Shown: positions 50,844 through 60,064, numbered from the stretch's first letter. The stretch: 64,000 nucleotides of DNA from Methylacidimicrobium fagopyrum (GCA_026225255.1 JAMFSJ010000059.1:38311-102310); one strand, 5' to 3'. Numbers and translations are program-made. The notes: generated by a model not told the origin, from the letters alone.

Positions 50844-51085
50844 CAGGATTTTGCGGGAGCCATCGGAAATTTCACGGGAACGACTCAGGATATTGCAGGA
50901 ACGACCGAGAATTTCGCGGGCAGAGGCCAGGATTCTGCAGGAACGATCTGGAACTTTGCGGAAGAAGCCGTAATTTGGAGGGAATCACACAGAACTTTGC
51001 AGGCGGCCTTCAGGATTTTGCAGGAACCGTTCGGAACTTAGTAGGAGGAGCCTAGAATTTCATAGGAACGGCGGAAAACTTCCGA
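50844..51085 (+). repeat. Phased tandem array, about 11 x 21 bp (22 GGA half-sites)
   Basis: Unit = RGGAWTTTGC + AGGAACGNNNN. Anchor positions are 50855, 50876, 50897, 50918, 50939, 50959, 50980, 51001, 51022, 51043, 51064. Confidence 0.8.
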
Positions 51086-51175
51086 TTTTCGCCGCGCGAA
51101 ACCGCCGGACAGGCAGATTTTCCATAAATTCGGCTGGAGAAACCGACGTTTCAAGGGTATTTTTCCCGGCACGAA

Positions 51176-53620
51176 ATGAAAGTCACCCTTAACTGGCTCA
51201 AACAATATGTTGATTTCAACTGGTCGCCCGAGGAATTGACCGAACGGCTCACCATGCTCGGCCTCGAAGTCGAGGGCGTGCAGAAAATTTCCGGCGCGTT
51301 CGACGGCATCGTCGTCGCGCAAGTGATCACGCGCGATAAACATCCAGGTGCAGACAAACTGTCGATCTGCCGCGTCAATGACGGCACGGGCGAACGCCAG
51401 ATTGTCTGCGGCGCGCAAAATTTCAAAGCGGGCGACAAAGTCCCGCTCATCCTGCCCGGCGCGTCGTTGCCGTTGAAGCCCGGCGACAAGGAACCGTTCA
51501 CCATCAAGGTCGGCAAGATTCGCGGCGTGGAATCACACGGCATGTTGTGTTCGCATGAAGAATTGGGACTTGATCCCGATGCTATCGGCCACAAAAAAGA
51601 AGATGGCTTGCTCATCCTGCGCGAAGACGCGAAGGTCGGCCAACCGTTCGGCGAATATCTCGGCCGCAGCGGCAGCGATGTGGTCTATGATTTGGAAGTC
51701 ACCCCGAACCGTCCGGACTTAAACAGTCTTATCGGCATCGCGCGTGAAATCGCGGCGGTCACGGGCAATGCGTTGCGCATTCCTGAATTAAAAACTCAAA
51801 ATCTAAAATTAAAAACTGCCGACCTCGTCGCCGTTCGTCTCGAAGATTCAGAGAATTGCCCACGCTACACCGCCCGTGTCATCAAAGGCGTGAAAGTTGG
51901 ACCGAGCCCGGATTGGCTGAAATCGGCGCTGGAAAAAGTCGGCATCCGCAGCATCAGTAATATCGTGGACGTGACGAATTACGTCATGCTGGAAAGCGGC
52001 CAACCGTTGCATGCATTTGATTATCATCTCATCGCCAAAAGTGCGGACGGCAAACCAACCATCGTCGTCCGTCGCGCGACGGCGGAAGAAAAATTCAAGA
52101 CGCTCGACAACCAAGAACGCACGCTCGCGGCGGAAATGTTATTGATCGCCGACGAACAAAAAGCCATCGCGCTCGCCGGCGTCATGGGCGGCGCGAATAC
52201 GGAAATCAACAGCGACACCAAAGACGTGCTGCTCGAGAGCGCGTATTTCTCGCCCGTAAATATCCGCCGCACGAGCAAGCTGCTCGGCTTGCGCACGGAT
52301 GCGAGCTATCGCTACGAACGCGGCGCGGATGTGGGCATTTGCGATTGGGCGAGCCAACGCGCGGCGCAATTAATTTTAGAAACCGCCGGTGGCGAATTGG
52401 CCGAAGGCGTCGTGGACGTTCAACCGCAAATCAAAGCGGCGAAGGAAATTGTTTTGCATTATGCAAAAACGGACGCGCTGTTGGGTGTGCATATTTCGCA
52501 CGCAGAACAACTCTCGCATCTCACCAAACTCGGTTTGACGTTGATCGAACAAACGCCCGGTGTTTGCACGTTCAAAACGCCGTCGTGGCGCGTAGACTTG
52601 AAACGCGAAGTGGATTTGATCGAAGAAGTCGGACGCTTGCACGGCGTGAATAATATTCCCAGCACGCCGCCCCGCGGTACCATCGGCGCGAATGCATTCG
52701 ATACCGTGTATGATCAAATCGCTGAAGTGCGCCGCATCTTGAGCAGCCTCGGTTTGAACGAAGCGCAAGGGCAAACGCTCATCGCAAAGTCAGAATGCAG
52801 AAGTCAGAACGCGGAAGAAATTGTCGCGCTCGCGAATCCGTTAAGTTCGGACATGGACGTTTTACGCCCAAGTTTGTTGCCCGGATTGATTCATTCGCTG
52901 CGCCATAATGTCAGCCGCAAGAATTACGACGTGGCGTTGTTTGAAGTTGGTCGCGTGTTCACCAACGTGAACGGTCAGACGAAAGAAAATCGCAGCATCG
53001 CCATCGCCATCACCGGCCAACGCGCCCTGCCCTTTTGGAGCGGCGGCGAACGCGACGCCAAGTTTGACGCCTATGATTTGAAAGGGCTCGTCGAAGATTT
53101 GCTGGAGCAATTTGGTTTGCGCGGCATCGTGTTCGGCAAACGTGCGGAAAGCACGGGATTATTCCTGGAATCTGCCGCCGTGACGCTTGGTGGAAAATTG
53201 CCATTAGGTGAACTTGGACAATTGTTGCCGCCGCTCGCTAAAAAATACGATCTGCGCGACGCCGTTTATCTCGCGGAATTTAATCTCGACCTGCTGCTCG
53301 CCAAACGCAATGCGGCGAAGTCGTTCAAGGCGTTGCCGCAATTTCCATCGAGCCGGCGAGACGTGGCAATTCTCGTTGCCGAAGCGACCACGCACGAAGC
53401 CGTATTGCAAACCGTCAAATCCGCCAAGCCCGCGAATCTGGAAAGTCTCGAGTTGTTCGACGTGTTCCGCGGCAAAGGCATTCCCGAAGGTCAAAAAAGT
53501 TTGGCCTATGCGTTCACCTATCGTTCACCGGAAAAAACGTTGACCGATGCCGACGTGAACGGCGCGCACGAAAAAGCCGTGGAAAGTTTGACGCAGAAAT
53601 TAGCCGCAGTCGTGCGCTGA
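51176..53620 (+). CDS. pheT: Phenylalanine--tRNA ligase beta subunit
   Basis: 814 aa. It has an N-terminal tRNA-binding OB domain (KHPGADKLSICRVNDG), B3/4 and B5 domains, and a C-terminal FDX-ACB domain. Confidence 0.95.
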   Translation: MKVTLNWLKQYVDFNWSPEELTERLTMLGLEVEGVQKISGAFDGIVVAQVITRDKHPGADKLSICRVNDGTGERQIVCGAQNFKAGDKVPLILPGASLPLKPGDKEPFTIKVGKIRGVESHGMLCSHEELGLDPDAIGHKKEDGLLILREDAKVGQPFGEYLGRSGSDVVYDLEVTPNRPDLNSLIGIAREIAAVTGNALRIPELKTQNLKLKTADLVAVRLEDSENCPRYTARVIKGVKVGPSPDWLKSALEKVGIRSISNIVDVTNYVMLESGQPLHAFDYHLIAKSADGKPTIVVRRATAEEKFKTLDNQERTLAAEMLLIADEQKAIALAGVMGGANTEINSDTKDVLLESAYFSPVNIRRTSKLLGLRTDASYRYERGADVGICDWASQRAAQLILETAGGELAEGVVDVQPQIKAAKEIVLHYAKTDALLGVHISHAEQLSHLTKLGLTLIEQTPGVCTFKTPSWRVDLKREVDLIEEVGRLHGVNNIPSTPPRGTIGANAFDTVYDQIAEVRRILSSLGLNEAQGQTLIAKSECRSQNAEEIVALANPLSSDMDVLRPSLLPGLIHSLRHNVSRKNYDVALFEVGRVFTNVNGQTKENRSIAIAITGQRALPFWSGGERDAKFDAYDLKGLVEDLLEQFGLRGIVFGKRAESTGLFLESAAVTLGGKLPLGELGQLLPPLAKKYDLRDAVYLAEFNLDLLLAKRNAAKSFKALPQFPSSRRDVAILVAEATTHEAVLQTVKSAKPANLESLELFDVFRGKGIPEGQKSLAYAFTYRSPEKTLTDADVNGAHEKAVESLTQKLAAVVR

Positions 53621-53626
53621 GCCGGC

Positions 53627-53749
53627 GGAGCGCCGATCTCCTGATCGGCTCGTGGTAAAATCTAGCAGCATAAATGCCGTAGTTGGCCATTCTTGCTGAC
53701 CTGTCCCACTGCCAAACATGCATCGAGCCGATCAGGAGATCGGCGCTCC
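53627..53749. repeat. Perfect 26-bp inverted repeat with 71-bp spacer between convergent genes
   Basis: ggagcgccgatctcctgatcggctcg (53627-53652) and cgagccgatcaggagatcggcgctcc (53724-53749) are exact reverse complements. Confidence 0.8.
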
Positions 53750-53751
53750 AA

Positions 53752-54087
53752 TCACTTTTTCTTCCCCGCGCCCGTCACGGTATCTTTAGCTTTTTTAAAA
53801 AGTTTGCGCGTTTTACGCAACCAAATCCGCGCCCAGACAAACTCCGTCGCCAGCACCGCGAGGCCGATGGGAATTACCACGATCGCCGGGCCGGGCAAAA
53901 CAATCATGGCAATACCCACGAGCAAAATGGTGCCGCCAATCACCGCGATGATCACGCGTCGCACGAACGGCGGCACGTCTTCCAGATGCAACAGTTTGCG
54001 GATGCGGCCGCGCAGCCCGCGCGGAGGTTTACGTTCGCGATTTTCCACAAAAATCACTCCGTCACGCCGAGCGGCGGCATGGGACAA
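53752..54087 (-). CDS. PGPGW-domain small membrane protein
   Basis: VIIAVIGGTILLVGIAMIVLPGPAIVVIPIGLAVLATEFVWAR. An alternative GTG start at 54057 would form a GTGA overlap with the upstream stop. Confidence 0.7.
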   Translation of the reverse strand: MSHAAARRDGVIFVENRERKPPRGLRGRIRKLLHLEDVPPFVRRVIIAVIGGTILLVGIAMIVLPGPAIVVIPIGLAVLATEFVWARIWLRKTRKLFKKAKDTVTGAGKKK

Positions 54088-56030
54088 TCCAACGTGTCCG
54101 AAATCGCCCGGAGCAATTCCGCTTCGCTTTCCTGGATCACACCGTCCGCACCAACGACGTGCGCGCAGGCTTCGAGCAGATTTTTTTTGATGATCGGCAC
54201 GGCTTGCGCCAGGCGATCGAGCGCGACGCCGACTTGGTCAATACCGCAACGTTCGTCCGGTTGCAAAACCAATTCCGAATCATCCGTCGTCCGCAAAAAC
54301 GGCGCACCGGTGTCGAACGCTTTTTGAATTTCGCCCGCGTCGTTGCTGCCAACATTCGCGAGCGCGGATAAAATAAGCGCGCAATCCGGCACGAGCGGTT
54401 TGAGCGTGTAAAACTGCACCGTCACCGGATTGGCCGCCCCAAATTTCGGCGCGAGATGACGTTGCACGATTTTTTGCAGAACGAATTCAAATAGTCCCAC
54501 TTCGCCATCACTTTGGATGAGCCATGAAAGGGTTCGCGAAAAATTTTGAAATTGTTCCGTGCTCAATTGTTTCAACGCTCCCAAAGCAAGATTGACTAAG
54601 GGCAATCGCGCGGTCGTGCCGGTTTTGGCAACGTCGGCAAACAGCGCGTCCGTTTTTTCAGCGACGGCGGGCGAAACGCTTTTGGCAATTTGCGCGAGTT
54701 GGTCGACATGCAATTTTCCATCCGCGCTCAAAATCAACGCGTAGATCAAGGCGACGGCGGCGAGCGGTTCGCGCACGGCGAGCTTTAGATTTTCCGGCAA
54801 CGCGGCGCGCATGTCTTCGGCGTAGCGCAAATGCAGCGGCGTGGGATTGCCGAGATTCGGCAAGACATAGCGCGATTTGATGACGGGCGGCGCCGCAATT
54901 TGATCTTCGCCGGCGCCAAGAATCGCGCCACCGAGAATGATCATCTTGCCATCCACGAAAACCGGACGCCGTTCGCGCGGGCGATTTGGGGCCAACGAAT
55001 CTGTTTCTTCCGACACGTTCACGACTTGAAATTTTCCATCCCAATTCGGGTCAATGGCTTTGATGCGTTGCTCGAGCGGCGGATGCGTGGCCAGCGCGCC
55101 GAACAACGAATCCGCCAAGCCGTTCGCAAAAAATAAGTGGCTGGCATCCGACGCGTGTGGCGATTCCAAATGCGACGCGCTGCCGCCGATTTTTTGGAGC
55201 GCGCCGGAAAGCCCGGCCGGATTGCGCGTGAATTGCACGGACGACGCGTCGGCGAGAAATTCGCGCTGACGGCTGACGGCGGCTTGAATCAAGCGACCAA
55301 AAAAAAGTCCGAGCGAACCAATAACCAAAAGTAAAATACCGATGAGCGGCAGTGGGTTTTTATCGCGACTATTGCTGCTGCGCGCATAGAGCAAAATCCG
55401 CCCGATGGTGGCGAGGCAAAATATACCGAACAAAATACCGATGAGCCGGACGTTCAACTTCATGTCGCCATTCAAAATGTGGCTGAATTCGTGGCCGATC
55501 ACGCCTTGCAATTCATCGCGTGACAAGGTCTGCATACAGCCGCGCGTCACGGCGACCACGGCATCGCTGGTCGTATGACCGGCGGCAAAGGCGTTGATGC
55601 CGCGTTCGTCATCGAGCACATAAACCTGCGGCATCGGCACGCCGGACGCGATGGACATTTCTTCGACGACGTTCAGCAATTTGCGCTCGTCCGGATCATT
55701 CGTGTTGGAAGCCAGCAACCGTCCACCGAGCGATTCCGCCACCGCGCCGCCGCCGCTCGCCAGCGCCATGGTCTTGTAAGCGCTACCACAAAAAATCACG
55801 ATGATGGTTCCCAACGCAACTTCGGCGAATAGTTTTGGATCCCAATAATTGATCGGCGGCATTTGCGAATAATCCTCGTAACGATGATGACGCGACGCTC
55901 CTGTGTAAGTGGACGCAAACACCGCTACGCCGTAAATCATCAGGATCATCGAGATGACGGCGAGGGTGAAATAAAATACCAGCCACTTCGTTTTGCGCTG
56001 GGCTTTGGCTTGTTGTTCAAAAAAATCCAT
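54054..56030 (-). CDS. M48-family (HtpX-like) zinc metalloprotease with long C-terminal TerB-like region
   Basis: 658 aa. HEFSHILNGD (HExxH) lies between TM segments. The C-terminal ...VVGADGVIQESEAELLRAISDTL is TerB-like. Confidence 0.8.
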   Translation of the reverse strand: MDFFEQQAKAQRKTKWLVFYFTLAVISMILMIYGVAVFASTYTGASRHHRYEDYSQMPPINYWDPKLFAEVALGTIIVIFCGSAYKTMALASGGGAVAESLGGRLLASNTNDPDERKLLNVVEEMSIASGVPMPQVYVLDDERGINAFAAGHTTSDAVVAVTRGCMQTLSRDELQGVIGHEFSHILNGDMKLNVRLIGILFGIFCLATIGRILLYARSSNSRDKNPLPLIGILLLVIGSLGLFFGRLIQAAVSRQREFLADASSVQFTRNPAGLSGALQKIGGSASHLESPHASDASHLFFANGLADSLFGALATHPPLEQRIKAIDPNWDGKFQVVNVSEETDSLAPNRPRERRPVFVDGKMIILGGAILGAGEDQIAAPPVIKSRYVLPNLGNPTPLHLRYAEDMRAALPENLKLAVREPLAAVALIYALILSADGKLHVDQLAQIAKSVSPAVAEKTDALFADVAKTGTTARLPLVNLALGALKQLSTEQFQNFSRTLSWLIQSDGEVGLFEFVLQKIVQRHLAPKFGAANPVTVQFYTLKPLVPDCALILSALANVGSNDAGEIQKAFDTGAPFLRTTDDSELVLQPDERCGIDQVGVALDRLAQAVPIIKKNLLEACAHVVGADGVIQESEAELLRAISDTLDCPMPPLGVTE

Positions 56031-56130
56031 GGCTTAAATTTACGATATTCGATTTACCAACGGATTGGCGATGGCGAGTTGTTAATCACGTTAAAATCAT
56101 AACTATAATTTTAATGGGACCAAAAGCACC

Positions 56131-56245
56131 AAACTGTAGAGGCGACAGTTTGTAACTGAACGCTCGAAAGCTGACGGCTGCACGTTCAGTTTGCAAAGCC
56201 TCGACATACAATTACGAATGGCTGGTTAGATCGCAAAGCCCCGAC
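56131..56245. repeat. Cluster of small hairpins/direct repeats
   Basis: aaactgtagaggcgacagttt (56131-56151). aactgaacg (56154-56162) / cgttcagtt (56182-56190). Direct repeat gcaaagcctcgac (56192-56204) / gcaaagccccgac (56233-56245). Confidence 0.4.
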
Positions 56246-56250
56246 AAAAA

Positions 56251-56502
56251 CTAATCCTTGCCCCAACGCCAGCGAGGTTTCTCGCCTTTTGCGTAGCAGG
56301 TAATTATCAAAGCAATCACCAAAACTATTTCCAATCCAAACCATAGGCCGTAGTGATTGCCGGGAAGTAAGATAAAAGCGGATGTGCCAAGCAATGCCAC
56401 AAAACACGCGATGACCAGCCAGCCTTGCCACGCACACGGCGGGCCCCATCCCCAACCATATTTTTTGGCCGGAAACCATATCTGCTTTTTGTTCTTTTTC
56501 AT
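56251..56502 (-). CDS. Small two-TM membrane protein, unknown function
   Basis: 83 aa. It has a Trp/Gly-rich N-terminus (KYGWGWGPPCAWQGW), two hydrophobic helices and a basic tail. Confidence 0.55.
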   Translation of the reverse strand: MKKNKKQIWFPAKKYGWGWGPPCAWQGWLVIACFVALLGTSAFILLPGNHYGLWFGLEIVLVIALIITCYAKGEKPRWRWGKD

Positions 56503-56563
56503 AGTGGCGGTTTTGCTGCTAACTACAATTTATAAGCCGCTCAAACAGTTGCGATCGGGCACA

Positions 56564-56830
56564 TCATAATTTTCCGAAAAAATAACTTGTAGAAAAAACT
56601 GATGGTTGCTGCCTCGCAAGTTGTCGCTTTAAATCTTCCAGCTCAATCTCAGCTTTCTGTTTCTGGTGAAAGGCGGCCAAGACCGCCGCTTCTTTATCGA
56701 TTGCCTCAATTTCTGCCGCCGTAAATAATAATTGCGCCGGCAACTCGGCGCCGCAGTAACCGCACGTTTTGCAGCGTCGGTTGTAAATCACACCGTTGCA
56801 TGTTGGGCAATGATTACTCATAAAACGCAA
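56564..56830 (-). CDS. Zinc-ribbon protein with C-terminal coiled coil, unknown function
   Basis: 88 aa. CPTCNGVIYNRRCKTCGYC is a four-Cys ribbon. Confidence 0.55.
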   Translation of the reverse strand: MRFMSNHCPTCNGVIYNRRCKTCGYCGAELPAQLLFTAAEIEAIDKEAAVLAAFHQKQKAEIELEDLKRQLARQQPSVFSTSYFFGKL

Positions 56831-56854
56831 CTCTGCTTAACAACGTTCGGAAGT

Positions 56855-57457
56855 TTACGAGAAAGAAACTTTCGGTGCATCTTTCTGTTCCGGCTTATCA
56901 ATCACGAACAATTCCGCTGCCGTGAAGTTGAACATGCCGGCGATGAGATTGCTCGGGAACACTTCGCGATCCGTGTTGTAGGACATCACGGAATCGTTGT
57001 AAGCCTGACGTGCGAACGAAATTTTATTTTCCGTCGAGGTCAATTCCTCGGTGAGCTGCATCATGTTCTGGTTCGCCTTCAGATCGGGATATTGCTCGGA
57101 GACCATCATCAAACGGCTCAACGCGCCGCCAAGTCCGCTTTCCGCCGCCGCCAAATTTTTCACCGCGCCGGAATCGCCCGGATTGCTCGCCGCCGTCTGC
57201 GACGCCGTGTAAGCGATATTGCGTGCCTGCGTCACGGCTTCGAGCGTGCCGCTTTCGTGCTTCATGTAACCCTTCGCGGTCTCGACGAGATTGGGGATCA
57301 AGTCGTAACGGCGCTTCAATTGCACATCAATCTGCGCGTAGCCGTTCTTGTAACGATTTCGCAGCGTGACCAGTTTATTGTAGATGCCTGCCACCAGCGC
57401 GATGACAACGACGACGATCAAAACCAAGACACCCAGACCAATTAATAATGGAATCAT
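56855..57457 (-). CDS. lemA: LemA-family protein
   Basis: 200 aa. N-terminal TM segment, then YNKLVTLRNRYKNGYAQIDVQLKRRYDLIPNLVETAKGYMKHE. Confidence 0.9.
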   Translation of the reverse strand: MIPLLIGLGVLVLIVVVVIALVAGIYNKLVTLRNRYKNGYAQIDVQLKRRYDLIPNLVETAKGYMKHESGTLEAVTQARNIAYTASQTAASNPGDSGAVKNLAAAESGLGGALSRLMMVSEQYPDLKANQNMMQLTEELTSTENKISFARQAYNDSVMSYNTDREVFPSNLIAGMFNFTAAELFVIDKPEQKDAPKVSFS

Positions 57458-57791
57458 AATTTTAATTTTTATTGATTACGCTAACAGCTTGGCCGAACCA
57501 CGCGGCACGGCAATAATAATTTTGACGTAAAATTGGAATCGGCGGGAGCCCGGATAGCCTGATCCGTGAGTTTTAAGAAAATGGCCAAACGCCTAAAAAT
57601 CAACTACAACTGAAAAAAGGCTTGGACCCGGATTTACCGGAATTAGAACCGAGGTTTTAACGCAAGAAGGAAAGGTTTAACCGCGAAATATGCGAACAGG
57701 AATGGAGGTCCGCTGGGAAACATTTCTTAGCCGCACCCGGTTGGGCGTTGCGTAGTGGCGAGGGCGAAACGCCCGCGCCGCTACGACTATT

Positions 57792-58988
57792 TTATAACTT
57801 CTCCGGCTTGGACATCAAATCACCAATGCGCGTGAGTAAGCGTCCGGCCGCACCACCGTCGAGGACGCGGTGATCGAAACTTAACGTCAGGTTCGCTTCG
57901 ACGACGGGCACGAATTGGCCCTTTGCTTCGTCCCAGAACGGGGCTTTGCGGCCGGCACCCATGCCGAGCACCAGCGTTTGTTCGGGCAACGGAATCGGCG
58001 TCGCCCAGATCAGGCCGAAGGTGCCGAAGTTCGTCACGGTGGCGATGGACCCGCCCGTCGCATCGGCGGGCAATTTGCGGGCGCGCGCCAGCTCGACCAG
58101 TTCGTTGTAGCGTTGCGTTAAGTCTTTGAGCGATTTTTTATCGGCGTTGCGGATGACGGGCACGAGCACGCCGTCATCAGCTTCGACCGCGAAACCGACG
58201 TCGATGGAACTGGGGTGAACAATTTTATTCCCGACCAAACGTCCGGCGACGGCAGAATTTTCCGCGAGCGCAATCGCCAGCGCGCGCAAGGCGTAAAGCG
58301 CCGGACCGGGTTTGGGGTTGGAAATTTTCCGATGCGCAAGCACGGGATCAAGTGCCACGGGCAGACCAACAGTGGCGAGCGGACGCGTCCAACTGCGGCG
58401 CATGGCATCGGCCACGGCGACGCGCATGGAGGAGGCATCGCTCATCTGATGTTTTTCGAGGCTCTTGATGTATTTCTCGAAATCTTCCACGGTCACGCGG
58501 CCAGCGGAACCGCTGCCGGCCACGCCCGCGAGATCGGCGGCGTGCAGACCAAGTTCGTCCATGCGCGCTTTGAGACGGGGCGAAAGATAACTCGCGCCGG
58601 TCGCATTCGCCGGCACGGGCAAACCGCGGATAGTCGGTTGAACGCTGGATTTTTTGGAAATGTTCGGGGTCGATCCGCTGGCAGCGGGCGCGGCGTCACT
58701 CGTTTTTTTCGTTTCGACAACATCAAGACCCAGACGCGCGGCTTCTTCTTTCGTGGCTTCGATTTGACCCAGAATGGCGCCCACTTCGTAACTTTCATTC
58801 AGCTCGACGGTGAATTTTTCCACGCGTCCGCTGCACGGCGCGGCGACGGTCATGGTCGCTTTGTTGGTCTCGACTTCGATCAAATTTTGATCGGCCTCAA
58901 CTTGGTCGCCGGGCTTGACCAAAAAACTAATGATGGCGGCTTCGGCGATGGATTCGCCGAGTTGCGGCATGATGATGGGAATCTGCAT
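57792..58988 (-). CDS. 2-oxoacid dehydrogenase E2 (dihydrolipoamide acyltransferase)
   Basis: 398 aa. It has a lipoyl domain (VETNKATMTVAAP), an E3/E1-binding domain and a catalytic C-terminus with LSFDHRVLDG. Confidence 0.9.
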   Translation of the reverse strand: MQIPIIMPQLGESIAEAAIISFLVKPGDQVEADQNLIEVETNKATMTVAAPCSGRVEKFTVELNESYEVGAILGQIEATKEEAARLGLDVVETKKTSDAAPAASGSTPNISKKSSVQPTIRGLPVPANATGASYLSPRLKARMDELGLHAADLAGVAGSGSAGRVTVEDFEKYIKSLEKHQMSDASSMRVAVADAMRRSWTRPLATVGLPVALDPVLAHRKISNPKPGPALYALRALAIALAENSAVAGRLVGNKIVHPSSIDVGFAVEADDGVLVPVIRNADKKSLKDLTQRYNELVELARARKLPADATGGSIATVTNFGTFGLIWATPIPLPEQTLVLGMGAGRKAPFWDEAKGQFVPVVEANLTLSFDHRVLDGGAAGRLLTRIGDLMSKPEKL

Positions 58989-59079
58989 AACAATTAAGAA
59001 TGTAAAATGACGAATGCAAAATTAAGACCTGCGCGCGGATTTTTCACGTCGGCACTTTTAATGTTTAATTTTGCAGTTT

Positions 59080-60048
59080 TCATTGGTTCAAAAGATTTCT
59101 CGCTGCCGCCGCGATGCTGCGCGCGGTCGGACGATGCGCGGCCCACAGGTTTGGATGATACGGCACCGGCGTATCTTTGGCATTGAGCCGTTGCGGTGCG
59201 GCGTCGAGCAGGCCGTAACCTTCGCAGCTGACGCGCGCAATGATTTCAGCGGTGACGCCGCCCCACGGCCACGCTTCGCCGACGCAAAGTAATTTTCCGG
59301 TGCGCGCGACGCTGGCCATCACGGTGTCCGTATCGAGCGGTTTGATCGAGCGCAGGTCAACGATTTCTACTTCCCAGCCATCAGCGGAAAGTTCGACGGC
59401 GGCGGCGAGGGCTTCGTGCACCATCGCGCTGTAAGTCACGATGGTCAGGTCGCGGCCTTCGCGGGCGATGCGGGCTTTGCCAATGGGCAAGGCTTCGCTC
59501 GGCAATTTGTCCGCCTTGAGATGGTAATAGAGAAATTTGTGTTCGCAGAAAACAACCGGATCATCAATCGCCACAGCTTCGAGCAACATGCTGTAAGCGT
59601 CCTCGACGGTTGCGGGCGTCAGCACGATCAGACCGGGATAATGCGCGTAAATCGCTTCGAGACATTGGCTGTGAAACGGTCCGCCGCCCGACGTGCCGCC
59701 GAACGGCAAGCGCACCGTGATCGGACAGGAAACATTCGTGCGCCAGAAAAGCGTCGCGGCCTGATTGACGATCTGATTGAACCCAACGGTGGAAAAATCC
59801 GCGAATTGCATTTCGATGATCGGGCGCATGCCTTCGATCGCCGCGCCGACAGCCATGCCGACCATCGCGTCTTCAGAGATGGGCGAATCCATGACGCGAC
59901 CGGGAAATTCTTTGGCCAGATTTTTCGTAGCCTTGAACGCGCCGCCAAACGCGCCGACGTCTTGACCGTAAATGAAGACCCGCGGATCATCGCGCAACGC
60001 GTGCGCTTGGGCTTCGCGGATGGCTTCCAAATAAGTAATGTTGCTCAT
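59080..60048 (-). CDS. 2-oxoacid dehydrogenase E1 beta subunit
   Basis: 322 aa. MSNITYLEAIREA...FIYGQDVG.FGGAFKATKNL is a transketolase-like pyrimidine-binding domain. Confidence 0.9.
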   Translation of the reverse strand: MSNITYLEAIREAQAHALRDDPRVFIYGQDVGAFGGAFKATKNLAKEFPGRVMDSPISEDAMVGMAVGAAIEGMRPIIEMQFADFSTVGFNQIVNQAATLFWRTNVSCPITVRLPFGGTSGGGPFHSQCLEAIYAHYPGLIVLTPATVEDAYSMLLEAVAIDDPVVFCEHKFLYYHLKADKLPSEALPIGKARIAREGRDLTIVTYSAMVHEALAAAVELSADGWEVEIVDLRSIKPLDTDTVMASVARTGKLLCVGEAWPWGGVTAEIIARVSCEGYGLLDAAPQRLNAKDTPVPYHPNLWAAHRPTARSIAAAARNLLNQ

Positions 60049-60064
60049 TGCCAGCTAAAATAAT

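Noticed and set aside
50823-51043. 73-codon open frame through the 21-bp array, reading as heptads (QDFAGAI GNFTGTT QDIAGTT ENFAGRG QDSAGTI ...)
   Set aside because: The frame has no ATG, GTG or TTG start. The heptad pattern degenerates after five units and the other frames are equally open. I treat it as non-coding, but the possibility of a decayed coding repeat is kept as a refutation test.
50844-51085. CRISPR array
   Set aside because: The repeats are contiguous with no unique spacers. The units are degenerate and only 21 bp long. There are no cas genes nearby.
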